DNA of 64,000 nt from Diplonema japonicum. Taxonomy: Eukaryota > Protista > Euglenozoa: Diplonemea. Numbering within the stretch: the stretch's first letter is position 1; the number at the start of each line of letters is the position of its first letter. The translations under genes were made by a program, and so were the position numbers. Below are positions 33,719 through 45,658 of this stretch, piece by piece. The stretch is taken from assembly GCA_964019335.1 (NCBI GenBank), contig OZ025737.1, positions 310,001 to 374,000 on the forward strand, written 5' to 3'. The notes beneath the pieces were generated by a model, which was not told the origin of the DNA, made no database searches, and worked only from the letters and a program-made list of their open reading frames with translations.

Positions 33719-34705
33719 ATGTCCCTATTCCTTGCTGCGGTGGATAAGTGCGAGGCGCCGCATGAGCCGTCGTATTCCCCACGGAGTGAGTGCCCCGACA
33801 ACCTGTCTCAAAAGATGCTGGACATGGAGAGGAAGAAGAACAGGGACCTCCGGCTACAAATCAAACGTCGGGAAAGTGTAGCGACATTACAACGAAGAAG
33901 GGAGGAAAAGGAAGCGGCATCTAGAAAAGCAGCGGCTGAGGTGGAAGGTGCAAGAATAGCTGCAAACATGGCCGTGAATGAGGCAGAGCGGCTGAGGCGG
34001 CAGGTACCCGTTGAAGTGCCTGTCGATGAGCATCTTCCGAGGGCAGAGCACTTGGCAAAGCGGCACCTTACGTTGAGCACAAAAACAGAAACAACGTACA
34101 AGGAAATCGAGTCGAAAATAGCAACCAATGATATCTCGAAGCTGACCTTTGTCGAAAGGCTTCTCATCGAGAAGCAGAGGCACAAAAAGCATCCAACGAA
34201 ACTCTCGCGAAGCGTGGCTGAGATGTATCCGGAGTTCGAAGTGCGCAACACGCAAGCAGGACACGTCACAAAAATAAGGCTGAGCACGGCAGCGGAAGAG
34301 GGGCAGAGAAGGCGTGAGAGGCGACGCGAAGAGCTAATGTGCATACAGAAAGAGGACGATGCAGAGAAACGGCAGGAGATGGAGCAATGGCAGGCCATTG
34401 AAGAGAAACGACACCTTGTTGTACAGGAGTTGGCTGCAAAGAGGAAGCGAGATAACGATCTTGCCAAGCAGCAGCAAGAGGAGAAGAAAAGCCTGACGCA
34501 CAAGGTGCACCCTGTGGACGTGCTGCGGAGTGGTATTGCCAGCGAACTGATAGCTGAGCGTGTCGAAGAGCAAGAGGAGGCCGCCATGGCGGAGTGCAAG
34601 TTCTCCGACGCCCTTGACAAATACCTCGAAGTCGAACGTGAGGCCTTCCGAGACAAAGACCTCACCTCACGCCACCACACAACGATGAAGCTATTAAACC
34701 GTTAA
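33719..34705 (+). CDS. Hypothetical coiled-coil protein
   Basis: E/K/R-rich ORF. Start chosen as the ATG after CAG at 33711-33713, with an alternative ATG at 33704. Confidence 0.7.
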   Translation: MSLFLAAVDKCEAPHEPSYSPRSECPDNLSQKMLDMERKKNRDLRLQIKRRESVATLQRRREEKEAASRKAAAEVEGARIAANMAVNEAERLRRQVPVEVPVDEHLPRAEHLAKRHLTLSTKTETTYKEIESKIATNDISKLTFVERLLIEKQRHKKHPTKLSRSVAEMYPEFEVRNTQAGHVTKIRLSTAAEEGQRRRERRREELMCIQKEDDAEKRQEMEQWQAIEEKRHLVVQELAAKRKRDNDLAKQQQEEKKSLTHKVHPVDVLRSGIASELIAERVEEQEEAAMAECKFSDALDKYLEVEREAFRDKDLTSRHHTTMKLLNR

Positions 34706-34836
34706 CACTTAAGCACTTTAAGGTCTATTCCTAGACCCCCTTTTTATTATTATTAAAGATTTCGTGGGAACCGGAACGATAGAAAATCCACAAGAATACA
34801 GGAGGGGGTGGGTGGGGGGAGAGTGCGCACGAAGAA

Positions 34837-36896
34837 ATGTGGGAAGACAGTACGTTTAACAACCCATTGAGCCCGAGGTATTTCAGAAATCAAACCGTGT
34901 CACCCGCTTTGTTTTGCAATGGTTCTGTGTCCAATTGTATCTCCCCAGTAGCGTCTCCGAGGAGGAAGTCTTTCATACAGAACGCATATGAGCTAAACAA
35001 CGATGAGAAGGAAACGTTCAGCAAGTTGTTCCAAGAGGTATGATGTTCTGAATAACGTTGATCTCATCGCAGCTCGGACCGCGAGAGAGCCTTGTTTCGA
35101 AGAACGTGGCATGCGACCTTTTCACGGACCTGAACCTGCACCTAGCTGGGGATGAGGTGAAGACGACATGGGACGATCTCAACGACGACATTGATTTGGA
35201 TAGTTTCTTCAAAATCTTTGTTGCTGTGAAGGGGCATCTGCGATCAGCGGTGTGGGAAGACCTCATGAACGTAATCCCTTCCTACACACTGAACCGCACC
35301 GACACCCTGTACGACGACATCGTGAAGCAGTCCCGTCTAGTCCTTGCAGATAGTCCTCTGAAGTGGGCCATTGAAATCTTAATCTTCCTCTCCTTCCTTT
35401 ACGTCGGTGTCAAGATCCCAATAGTCGATGTGGCATGGAACTCCTCCGACCCATGGTACACCCCTGCATTCTTCATCGGCGACCTTGCCACCACACTTGT
35501 CTACGTGGCTGACATTGTGTTGCGTCTCAACACTGCCGTATTTGACTCGGGGAAGGTCATGTCCCGCGTCGGCACCATGCTGCATTACATCAAAACACGA
35601 TCTTTCTGGTGCGACCTCATAGCCTCCGTCCCGCTTGAGATGCTCCTCCATACCACCGGCTACTACTACGCAGCAAGGATCGCTGCTCACCTGCGACTGG
35701 TCAAAATGTTCAACAGCTCTACTATCTTCAATTTTTCGGGCTCTGGCTTGTTGACTGCCTCCCACGTTGCAGTCGCATACGGGTACGTCCCTAAAGCGAA
35801 GGCACTCCTCATGTGCATCATCTTCATTCATACGGCGGCATGCACGTTCGTCGTCACAAGTTGCAACGAGAATTGCGGAAAGGAAGAACTGTCCCCCGAA
35901 GGCTACAAAACAGCGCTGTATTGGGTGCTGTACACGATTTCCTCTGTAGGGTACGGGGACGTTTTGGTGCCCAATACATCGTCGCAGATGCTTGCGATGG
36001 TCCTGTTTGTGACTGCTATCGCCATCAATGGTTGGCTGGTAGGTATGATGACGAGCAACATGCTCAGTCTTGACACAAAGGGTGAGAAACAGCAAGCGCT
36101 GTACAACACCTTGAACGTGATCTCACACTTTGACATCCCGCATGAGGTGGTCGAGGACATCCTGTCCTTGCAGAACCACCTCATGGACCAGAAGATGCAC
36201 CTTGCCTCCTTCACAACAGTCATGAATGCGCTCCCTTTGTCCGTGCAGCAGATCGTGGTCATGTACTACAGGATATCGTTTCTCGAGAGGCTGCCGTTAT
36301 TCAAACAGGTTTCTGGGATGTGTAAGATAGACCTTGCAGAGGCTTTGGAAAGTCATATCAAAGAGAAACTCACATCCGTGGTGGTGGAAGGAGGCGAGAG
36401 TGGTGGGATTTTCTTCTTGGCACATGGACTTGCTGAGGTTCGTAAGAATGGGTCCCACATCGCGACGCTTATAAAAGGGGCGTTTTTTGGGGAAAACGGC
36501 ATTGTCGAGGAGAAGTCGGTGCGGTGTGCTACGGTCACGTGCTTAACATATTGCGAGTGGTTGATACTGCCTGCAGAGGCGATGTGCAGGATTTTAGAGA
36601 AACATCCGGTGCTCCGGGCACACGTCACGCCGCCACACACCCGCAGCGGGCGAACGGTGACCCCGATAACATCCTTGGACAAGAAAGACCTTTCCTACTG
36701 CAGAACACTTGAATCCATATTGCGAAAGAAACAGTCACAAGGATCCAGTCCTGCGTTCAGCCCACCAGAGAGCCTCCACACTGCTCAAATGCCATTAAGT
36801 CCAATAAGCCCAGTATCTTATTCTTGTGAGTTGCAACAATTGAATGCCAAAATGGACAACATGCTTAGGCTGATCTGTCCAAGCAACTCTTCTTAA
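34837..36896 (+). CDS. Cyclic-nucleotide-binding-domain K+ channel (KCNH/HCN/CNG-like) with an EF-hand-like N-terminus
   Basis: Six TM segments, pore motif YTISSVGYGD and a cNMP domain (GAFFGE...RCATV..LTYCE). A 35-nt intron at 35038-35072 joins ORFs 34837 and 35058. Confidence 0.88.
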
Positions 36897-37057
36897 GTTC
36901 TCTAAGGTTTATTCTGTCAGGAGAGATGGCTTTTTTTTTTTTTTTTTTTTTCCGTCACTTTTCCTGAGATTTCTTCGTCATGGATCGGGGGGGGGGGGGG
37001 GGTTTGTTGATTTCTCTCCTTTTTTAACAACTATTGTCTTTATCAAAAAAAGAAATA

Positions 37058-38763
37058 CTGTAAAACAAAAATCACCGGAAGATAAAATATCCGGAAGTTC
37101 TGGCGGTCCGGATATTTTTTCTTCCGGACATTTTTTTCCCGGGACCCCCTTTTCTTTTTTTAAAGGGCTGGACCAGAAAACGGATGAAACTAGTTTCTGT
37201 GGCAAGAGAAAAATCAAACGAAAATCAGAGAGAATTGCAGCGAACTTTTCTAAGAACTAAAAGACACCTCAGATCCTGATTGTTCGCTTCTTCCGCAAAC
37301 TTGTCGAACCGAACCACTCCTTGTGCTTGCTTTAGGGTTGTTCTTGTGCTTTTTATTTCTCATTTTCCGAGCCCCCTAAACACATTCCTGACGCCGAACA
37401 CTTCTCTAGCCCCTTCCAGCTGCCTAGCAAGCTTTGCTGGTCTTCCCACTCTTCATCTCCGCAGCACGTCGCTGCAACGGCAAGCACACCACAGTACGCT
37501 GCTGCAAAGAGAATTCCCCCAAGCAGGACTCCACCAGGGCTCTAAAAAAACGCCCAAAACAATGGGCCCAGCTTGCCTGGATAGATTGCCTGCTGACATG
37601 CTCCCATGCTGCTTCAACCCACCTGGCAGAAAAAAGAGGGAAAGTTGAATTACTTTAGTTTACTTTTAAAAAAATACCTCAGATGTGGTCCATTCATCTC
37701 ACTTGTATTTGGTACCGTCCACCCTTCCTGACGGTTCCCTTCTTCCACATACTTGTCCAGCCTCCTTATTGACCACTTTTTATACTTGGTCCTGATTGTC
37801 GCCTTCATTGAGGCGTTCAGTCCTATGTCCAGGGCTGGCACAAATAGGTGAGGCCTGGAGGGACAAAAGCTAAGTGAACGTTTGTTTCTAAAAACAAGTT
37901 CACAAATCATCAGTGTGGCCATTGTAGTCATCTAGGATGAGCAAGATGGGCTCGTTGGGTGCCCAGCCCGATGACTTAGTAAGTTTATAGCAACAGGGGA
38001 GAAAGACACGTTTTACCCAGAGCTGAAGCGTTTTTTGGGTAGCCAGTGAGATTTCGAAGCTGTTAAACTCCAGCCTTTTTTTTGGGGGGGGGGTGCAACA
38101 CGAGGGACAGACCCGGGGTATTTCCTGCAGCGAGCTCGTTCTGTTTTTCCCGTGTAAATGAGGCTGAAAAGGCCAAAATAGGCCGCTACGCAGCCAGCCA
38201 TGGTACCACGGCGGCCCAGGGCTGGTACCGCGCGAAGGAAGACATCACGGTGCCAACGTCCAGTATATCAGACTGGGAACACCGCTTTGGTATGCTCCGA
38301 GGTCTATCCCCGTCGCACCCGTTACTGCGGGTCGCAAGCCTCTTCTGAACGAGGAAGAAACACAAGTACGGTTTCCGCCGCTTCTTGAGTGGACGAAGCT
38401 TCGTTTTCCGTTTCTTCTTCCTTTTTTTCTTCGGTAGAAATGGTCCCCCCTTGACCCAGCAAAGACTTGCTGAGGCCGAGGCCAGGCACACTGCCAAGGC
38501 TGCGAAGGCAGCAAACAAGACGGACAGGTAGGACGTTCTTCACCCCTTTTTTTTTTAGTCATATTTTTGCCATTTTTAAGACTCCTGCAACAGAAACATA
38601 AGTTTTTCCAGGGAAACATGCAGCAGACAGGGGGAGGGGACAGTGCGTAGGTCAGGCTTGGTACCCCCTTAGAAAAGTGCCCCAAAAAATGTCCGGAAGA
38701 AAAAATCACCGGATGTTTCGGCGGTCCGGATATTTTATCTTCCGGTGGATTTTTGTTTTACAG
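37058..38763. mobile_element. pogo/Tc1-mariner non-autonomous element, copy A (internally rearranged)
   Basis: TA duplication at 37056-37057 and 38764-38765. TIRs of about 38 bp, CTGTAAAACAAAAAT(C)CACCGGAAGATAAAATATCCGGA. DDE_1 remnants (SKSHW, PALDIGLNASMKATIR) on the - strand and an HTH-like remnant on the + strand. Confidence 0.88.
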
Positions 38764-39444
38764 TAGCTATTTATTTGGTGAGTAAAATAGCACTGTTTCA
38801 CGCGTTGATGGCGGGGGGGGGGGGGGGGGGGGGTTAACGAGTAGGGCAATTATCCAGTTTACTTCACGAGCGCTACGAGTTAAACCTGTCACCACAAGTG
38901 GAATAATGCTCTTATTTTCATTTAACGTTGTTTTATTTAACAAATGCCGGGTTTGAAAGGGTGGGAGGTTACAGGGTTACAAACAAGTGAAAAGTGCTAC
39001 CGTCTAAAAAAACAGCGACCTTTTTTTTCTCGCATTTTGATTTTATATGCAAGCTCATCATCAATGGTCTCTGAGGCATCGTGTGACTCTTTTGTCCTCA
39101 TTCCGCTTGCAAACTTGCAAGCTGCATATGCCTGCGCTGAATTTCATATTCACCTCATGCTCTGCATTTTTTACCGAAGTTTCGGATGCATTGTAGCCTT
39201 CGCCTTTCCCCCCATTGCCTTCGGCTTCCCATTAAAAAAAAAAAAAAGGAAAAAAAGGAAAAAAAAGAATCTACGTGTAATTCAGGTCTTACATTTCACG
39301 CACGGAATATGTACCTAATTTTAATAAGGTGACCACTATTTTCTCCCCCACCCTTGAAAACCAAGCTCGAGTTATATATTTAAAAGGAAAGTAGAGACTT
39401 TGTTTGGCAGGTTCAACTGGCAATCGCTGACTCTTTATTCTTGT

Positions 39445-39620
39445 AACTGCATGAGCGCTAAATCTTGGATACCTGGGACGCGCCCCGGCTGGGGTTGAGC
39501 TGCACACCGCACGCATTATGGACACGACGCGGAACGAAGAAGCTACAACTCGGCAGAGGTGCGCCCCCTGTAATCAAGTACAGTTCTTGTGCATGGCGCC
39601 ACCAACACTGGCCTCCTTTA
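39445..39620 (+). mobile_element. Short retroposon copy lacking the ribozyme part
   Basis: Aligns to about 45444-45622 and ends gcctcctttatt. Confidence 0.85.
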
Positions 39621-39658
39621 TTTATCTCTTATATTTTCTTCTTTTTTTTTTTCCACAG

Positions 39659-41118
39659 AGCACTAGCAGCCATATACAGAACGAGACGAAAACTGGGAGA
39701 GGTGTGGGAGCGGTGCCAGAGACTTGCCAAAGGGTACCAGGACCCGACAAGAACGACACCTTTGGGCCCGATAGGCAACGCGATGAAACGGTGGCTCCCG
39801 AAGATCAGCACGAACTGGGGGCAGTTCACCGAAATGCTAGCTGAGAACAAGGACAAATTCGCACATGTAGTGCGAGAAAAGCTAAGGTCGGGACGTGCGG
39901 AGCACATACAAGACAGAAGACGCTCGATGGAGGGGCTAGACCGGGGCGCAGACCCACGCACGAACGACCGGCGAGAGCTGATGAGACTCGGACCACAAGG
40001 AGCAATGGCAGCGAGAGACCTCCGGAGGATCGTGGCGGGAGGGGTTTTCTACATCCACCCAAGGCGTGGTACCAGGACAACATCACCAGACGGGTACCAC
40101 CCCCAGAGGGCGAGCAGAGCGAAAGCGAGGACAGCTCGGAAGAGGAAGGGGACGAGACGCACGAGCGTGTGAACAAGAGACCAACAACAGACGAGGTCAC
40201 ATGCGACGCGTGCGGTGCGGAGGACGAGAGCAACATGCTGCGACACGCACTATGGGAATGCAGTGTGGCGAAGGAGGTGCAACAGAAGGAAGTACATGCA
40301 GAAGTAGTGGCCAACAAGACGGAAATGCCAATCTGCATGCAGCTACATGGAACGCTCCCGCGTGGTCACCGATCACACCGGCTGAGGAAGACGCAGTACT
40401 ACTTGCTGGAAGTGGTGGCAAAACGGGACCAGCTTCTCCAGGACAAGAGAATGCTAGAAACGTACACGACGCACCCCTGGGAACAGATAACGGAAGGAAA
40501 CGCTCATGCGCCACCTGAATGGAAGGAGCTGAGGAAGCATGTGAGCGGGAGCCTGATGATGAAGCACGGAGAAGACATCGTCAAGTGGCTCAGAAAGCTG
40601 AAGTAGTACGATGGACCGAGGAAGACGACAGTCACCACAATGGAACTCGTACTAGACTTCGAGAACACGCTGGGCGTCGAGCCGATCACGGGGAAGAAGG
40701 GTGATCTGGACATGATACAGAAGAAGGCGCGGAGTTTCCACGGCCTCCTGGAAAGAATCCAAGAAGGGTGGGACACAGCACGTATACAGAAGAAGGTCAG
40801 AGGCAAGCGGATCTTCCCAGCGGAGAGGTCAGAGGCAAGCGGATCTTCCCAGCGGAGAGCCAGAAGAACCACGCGCTCAGAACCATAGGTGCGAAGAAGA
40901 GTCTGGGATGGAACAGAAGGCCAGTTTGTGCATCAGAGAAAACCAAGAAGGACCTTAAGAAACTGGGCAGGAAGTGGCAAGAAGAAAGAGAGGATACTTT
41001 GAGAAAGGCAACACAGCCAAAAAAAGAAAGAAAGGCCGAGGCCCCAGAAGGGAGAAAGGGGTAGATAAGTAGAGACAAGGGGGACGTTCCAAGACAGGAA
41101 CCTCCTTTATCTCATCTC
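39659..41118 (+). mobile_element. 5'-truncated, frameshifted LINE fragment with an intact 3' end
   Basis: Translations (GPIGNAMKRWLP, RRIVAG, CDACG...RHALWEC, TTMELVLDFE) parallel the C-terminal half of ORF 8219. A 32-bp tandem duplication lies at 40794-40857. Ends cctcctttatctcatctc(T)n. Confidence 0.85.
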
Positions 41119-41361
41119 TTTTTTTTTTTTTTTTTTTTGCTGTCCCTTTCCTTTTTTATTCTCTGCAATTTTTGGAGTTTTGCTTTTTTTTTATTATTTT
41201 GTTTATTCTTTTCCGGTTGGAGAGGAAAAAAGGGCCTTTCCAGGTTTCTGTGTTTGGAAGTAGAAAGAAAAGAACGGTTTAGATTCATTAGAAAAGGAAT
41301 TATTACAGGAGGGGGGGCTCTCCGTGCCGTTGTTTAGGTGGCGTCCACGGAAAATGTTGAT

Positions 41362-42447
41362 ATGCTGCCGAAAGGTAAGAAATGGCAAGCGTCGGGGAGC
41401 ACGAGCTCATTGATGCCACCACAAGCCCAAGGTCAGCCGCAACAACACCAGTTTCCAGCTCCCAAGATGGGGCAGGAAAAGAAGTGGGTGGGGTTCTCAC
41501 GGGATATCTTCGGCACTGCCTCCGAGGCGGTGCCCTCGGTGCCATTCCCCTCAAACCCACCTCACCAGAGCCAGAGGAAAGATATCTCTTCCGGGAATGG
41601 GAATGGGTTCCAGCAGCAGCAACCCGCCCGAAGGCAAAAACAGCCCTCCGACTCTGCCAGTACCAGTGCAGACAAATCCCCTGTGTGGGGGCAACGGCCA
41701 CCTATGAGTGCCATTTCGTGGGGTGAGCCTGGGCCCGATTTTCCCCGAATGACGACCATCAACGCACGGCAGCCGGTCTACCCTCAGAACAATGCATCTC
41801 AGCAACAACCTCAGCAGCAACAGCCTCAGCAGCAACAGCCTCAGCAACAACAGCCTCAGCAACAACAACCTCAACAGCAACAACCTCAACAGCAGCAGAA
41901 GCAGAAGCAGAAGCAAGCACAGAAGCAAACTTCTCAGAAGCCTCAGCAGCCACAACAGCAGAAGCAGAAACAAGGGAAGAAACATAAGCAGCACGTCGAG
42001 GAAGTCGCAACAGAACTGCTAATGCCGCCCAACCAGAAGACCCCTAAGCAGTCCCCACAGCAGCAGCCACAGCCACAACCGCAGCCGCAGCCACAGCCAC
42101 AGCCACAGCCACAGCCACAGCAGAAGGTGTCCAACCAACAACCGCAGCAGCCAAAAGGCTTTGATGAGCACCCATTTTCAGCGTTCCCATACATGCAGCT
42201 GGCGAACATGCAGCAGTCAAGCATTCAGCAACAGCAGCAACTGCTGCTCATGCTAGCCATGCAGCAATCCGCGGGCTTACAGCACAAGCACCTGCAACCG
42301 CAACTATCACCTCATATGCTTCCAACACCACAAGTACAGCTTGCTTCTCCTTTAGTGCCCAGCCCTATCCCTTCCGGTTCTGTGTCCAGCAGCGTCCCTG
42401 ACAAAAAGAAGAAAGACAAAAAGCAGCAGCAACAACAGCAACAGCAA

Positions 42448-42509
<62 letters not shown>

Positions 42510-44513
42510 ACAACAGCCACAGCAACCACAGCCACAGCCACACTACCCGCTACAGCCACTTACTCAGCCTGCCCCGCACCTTCCCCACAATCACAACCAC
42601 AATCACTATCACCACCACCATCATCACCACCATCATCACCACCACCAAATACATATGCAGCAGTTGTACCAAAGGGAGAAGGAAGAAGTGCCAGACAAAG
42701 TACCATCTACACAGCCGCATCCGAACCAAGAAGAAAGCGAGACGGATGATAATGAGGAACGGAGGGAAGCACCTGAGAGTGAGAAGCGCAGCGAGTACGA
42801 AGACAGTTCCACAGGACATGATAGTGACAAGAGCAAAGGTCAGGATAAGGGCAAGACGAGCAGCGACAAGGGCGACACCAACACTGAGCCGTCACTGGGC
42901 AATGGTGCAGAGCACGAGAAGGACATAAAGGTGCCACGGATAGATCCCATCTACGCAGCTCAGCCACCTCCGACTGCCTTTACTATGACGTCGCAGTCGT
43001 ACCAGACCCACGCACTGCTCTCTCAGGTAATGCCTGGCGAACGGTACGCCTTGACATGTGTGAATCGCAACGACGGTCAACACGAAGTGCTCCTCGACGT
43101 GAACATAGCCACGTGTCTTGTCATCCAGTCGAACATAGCTCGGTTCTTCACCTCCATTACCCCCACTATAAAGCAGTTTGTGACACGGGGCAGCGAGGTA
43201 TGCAGCATTCCACTTTCAACGTTCAACACCACCACAGGGAACGGAGGAGCCTTGGTTCAAGCTACGGGACCTATGGAGGTTCTATGACACGCCTTCCGGG
43301 ATCGAGGTGCAGATGACGACCGACGACGAGGGTCAGACTGAGGATGCGTACTTCGTGCCGCACTTGAGCGGGTTCCAGCTCTACAAAGAAGATGCAGAGA
43401 GGGGTGCAGCACCCATGGCAGAGTGGTACAGCAGCGACACGCCAGACGGGAGAATTGGGTTGTGGGACAAAGCGGAGGAGCTGGTGGAGCTCCCTGAGTA
43501 CTCGATGCTGATGAACAGCAAGAACACTGCCCTGTCGCATCACAGTTGGTATGCACCCCTTTCCAAGCACCCTTTCAAGGTACGCCGTGTCGTGGAGCCC
43601 CATCCTCAGCAACACTTCGCGAAGCAAGTTAGGTGGCTCCCTCATCACTTACCATCTTATACGGCCCACAAGGCCCTCCACAACGCTGTGGTGGTGCCAG
43701 GTTTCCAGCGAGTATTGGTATGCATGTTGTTGCTTTATATGTTAATGCTATGTTAGGCGAATGAAGAGCGAGGATTTAAAGCAGCTGGCGCGCGGCTCAT
43801 GGGTTGCTCCTGCGAAGGTCGACGTGAAGAGCCCGACGGTGACAACGACACCGGCAGCAGCAGCAGCAGAATGCGAAGCGGGTATACAAAACCCTGCAAG
43901 CGAGGTATCGTCCCACCTCCCCTTTTATTCTTTTTTTTTTACAGGCGGCAATTGGGGGTGTTGTGGCGATCCTGTGCGCTTTCTGTCCCTTGCACGACAC
44001 ACCGCCCACATCCCCTGCCGACATGGACACAGTGAGCGACGGTTTCGATGAAGGTCCTGACATGGCAATACAGGGGTACGATGCTGACCACGTGCCCATT
44101 GATGAGGTGCCTGTGGAGCTCAGGGGTACCATTGCTCCATCACCATCGGCGCCCAATGGGCGGCATGAGCCGTGGCCGGAAGCGGTATTTATCCCAGTGT
44201 TTGGGTTTATACCTTACAAGCTGAGCACGGGAACGTGGTTCACTAATGCTGAGCATGCAAGGACGTTAGGTGCAAAGACGTCAAGCAACTTCGGCGATAT
44301 GATTCATGCCGACACCTTCTATGTGGGGCCTCTGCACCTTGTCCACTCTGTCAATGAGCTCATGCATTATCTGGTATGCACAATAACACAAGAACGAGCG
44401 GGGAAAAAAAAAAAAAAAAAATACAATAGCAAACCGATTGCGGATCGCGGCATAGTGACTACGACCAGTGCGTGCTCAGGATGCCTCAGCTCGCTACGCT
44501 GATGCATAATTAG
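41362..44513 (+). CDS. DUF789-like protein with a long polyQ/polyPQ/polyH N-terminus
   Basis: Spliced C-terminus SNIARFF..ITP, WFKLRDLWRFY, YFVPHLSGFQLY, SW|YAVSWSPI, LITYHL, IPVFGFIPYK follows the DUF789 pattern. Introns at 43198-43237, 43549-43579, 43718-43756, 43905-43944 and 44374-44429. Confidence 0.78.
41800..42650 (+). repeat. QQQQP, PQ, polyQ and polyH coding repeats
   Basis: CAG/CAA/CCT/CCA/CAC repeat tracts in ORF 41338-43287. Confidence 0.9.
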
Positions 44514-45259
44514 AGAGAGGAAGCTTTGCTGATGCAAAAAAAAAAAAAAAAAAAAAAAAGCAGAAAAAAGAAAAAAAAGGAAAGCTCTTGCCCTCGTATT
44601 CCTCTCTTTTAAAATAATAATAATAATAACGCCAAAAAAAAGGAGGAAAAAAAGGAGGGGGTAAAAAAAAAGGGTGCTGGTTTGTCCCCTTCCCCCTTTT
44701 GATGACCTTTGAAACTTATTTATCTTTATATTTCTTCACAGGGGTGCGTACAAAATAAGAATAGAAGGTGGGGCTGTGCATGATTTACTGTACATCCTTA
44801 GATCCTGTTTTTTTTTTATTTTATTTTACTGTTTTGTTTTCCCCATTTTTACGCTCCTGTACTTCCTTTTTTTTCCTTTTTTTTTTTGAAAGAAAAAAAA
44901 GAGAGGGGGGGAAAAAAAAAAAAAAAAAAAAGTGTGTCCTTTTTCTTTGAAAAACCATTTTTAGTTTTCGCGGATTTTATTCCTATTTTTCTGCATAAGA
45001 TGACCAGGATGATATTTTTTAAGGCGATCCTGTCACATACTGCAGGTTACCTTCAAAGACATCTTTTTTTTTTTCTTGAGGGTGGTCCTCAAGTGGGATT
45101 TGCCCTTAAACAACGCCTTTTTTTTTATTAGGCCCCCTCCCTCCCTCCCCCGCCCACCAAGATTTATTTTTATTGTTTATTTTACTAGAATTTTCTCTGA
45201 TCTCTAAAATATGAGAATAAAGAAATAAAAAGAAAGAGTCCCCCCCTTCCCTGCCCCTT

Positions 45260-45297
<38 letters not shown>

Positions 45298-45308
45298 CTT
45301 TTATTTCA

Positions 45309-45442
45309 GGTGGTGGGGATAACATGAAAATATAAGAAAAACATCAGATGTGTTGTTCGCTGTTGACCTCCTCGTCGGTCATCACCGGTAGCGCCCGAGT
45401 GGAAGAACATAATGCAGATGCTCAGGGTGACGAACAGGCAGC
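45309..45442 (+). ncRNA. HDV-like self-cleaving ribozyme (predicted)
   Basis: P1 GGTGGTG(45309-15)/CATCACC(45380-86). P2 GCTGTTG(45359-65)/CAGGCAGC(45435-42, one bulge). P3 ACC/GGT closing L3 TCCTCGTC. P1.1 GG(45387-88). P4 CGCCC-GAGT/GCTC-A-GGGTG. J4/2 A-CGAA with the catalytic C at 45431. Confidence 0.8.
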
Positions 45443-45627
45443 AAACTGCACGAGCGCAGAATCTTGGTTACCCGGGACGCACCGGCTGGGGTTGAGCTGT
45501 ACACCGCACGCATTAAGGACACGACGCGGAACGCAGAAGAAGCTACAACTCGGCCGCGGCGCGTCCCCTGTAATCAAGTAGACAGTTCTTGTGCAGGGCG
45601 CCGCCAACACCGGCCTCCTTTAACTCA

Positions 45628-45644
<17 letters not shown>
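45309..45644 (+). mobile_element. Full-length short retroposon (SINE-like) with a 5' HDV-like ribozyme and (AT)n/T tail
   Basis: Four related copies or fragments in the window (10829, 11649, 39445, 45309). No coding capacity. The 3' motif is shared with the LINE. Confidence 0.85.

Positions 45645-45658
<14 letters not shown>

Noticed and set aside
45614-45621. CCTCCTTT looks like the anti-Shine-Dalgarno sequence
   Set aside because: No rRNA context. It is part of the retroelement 3' motif.
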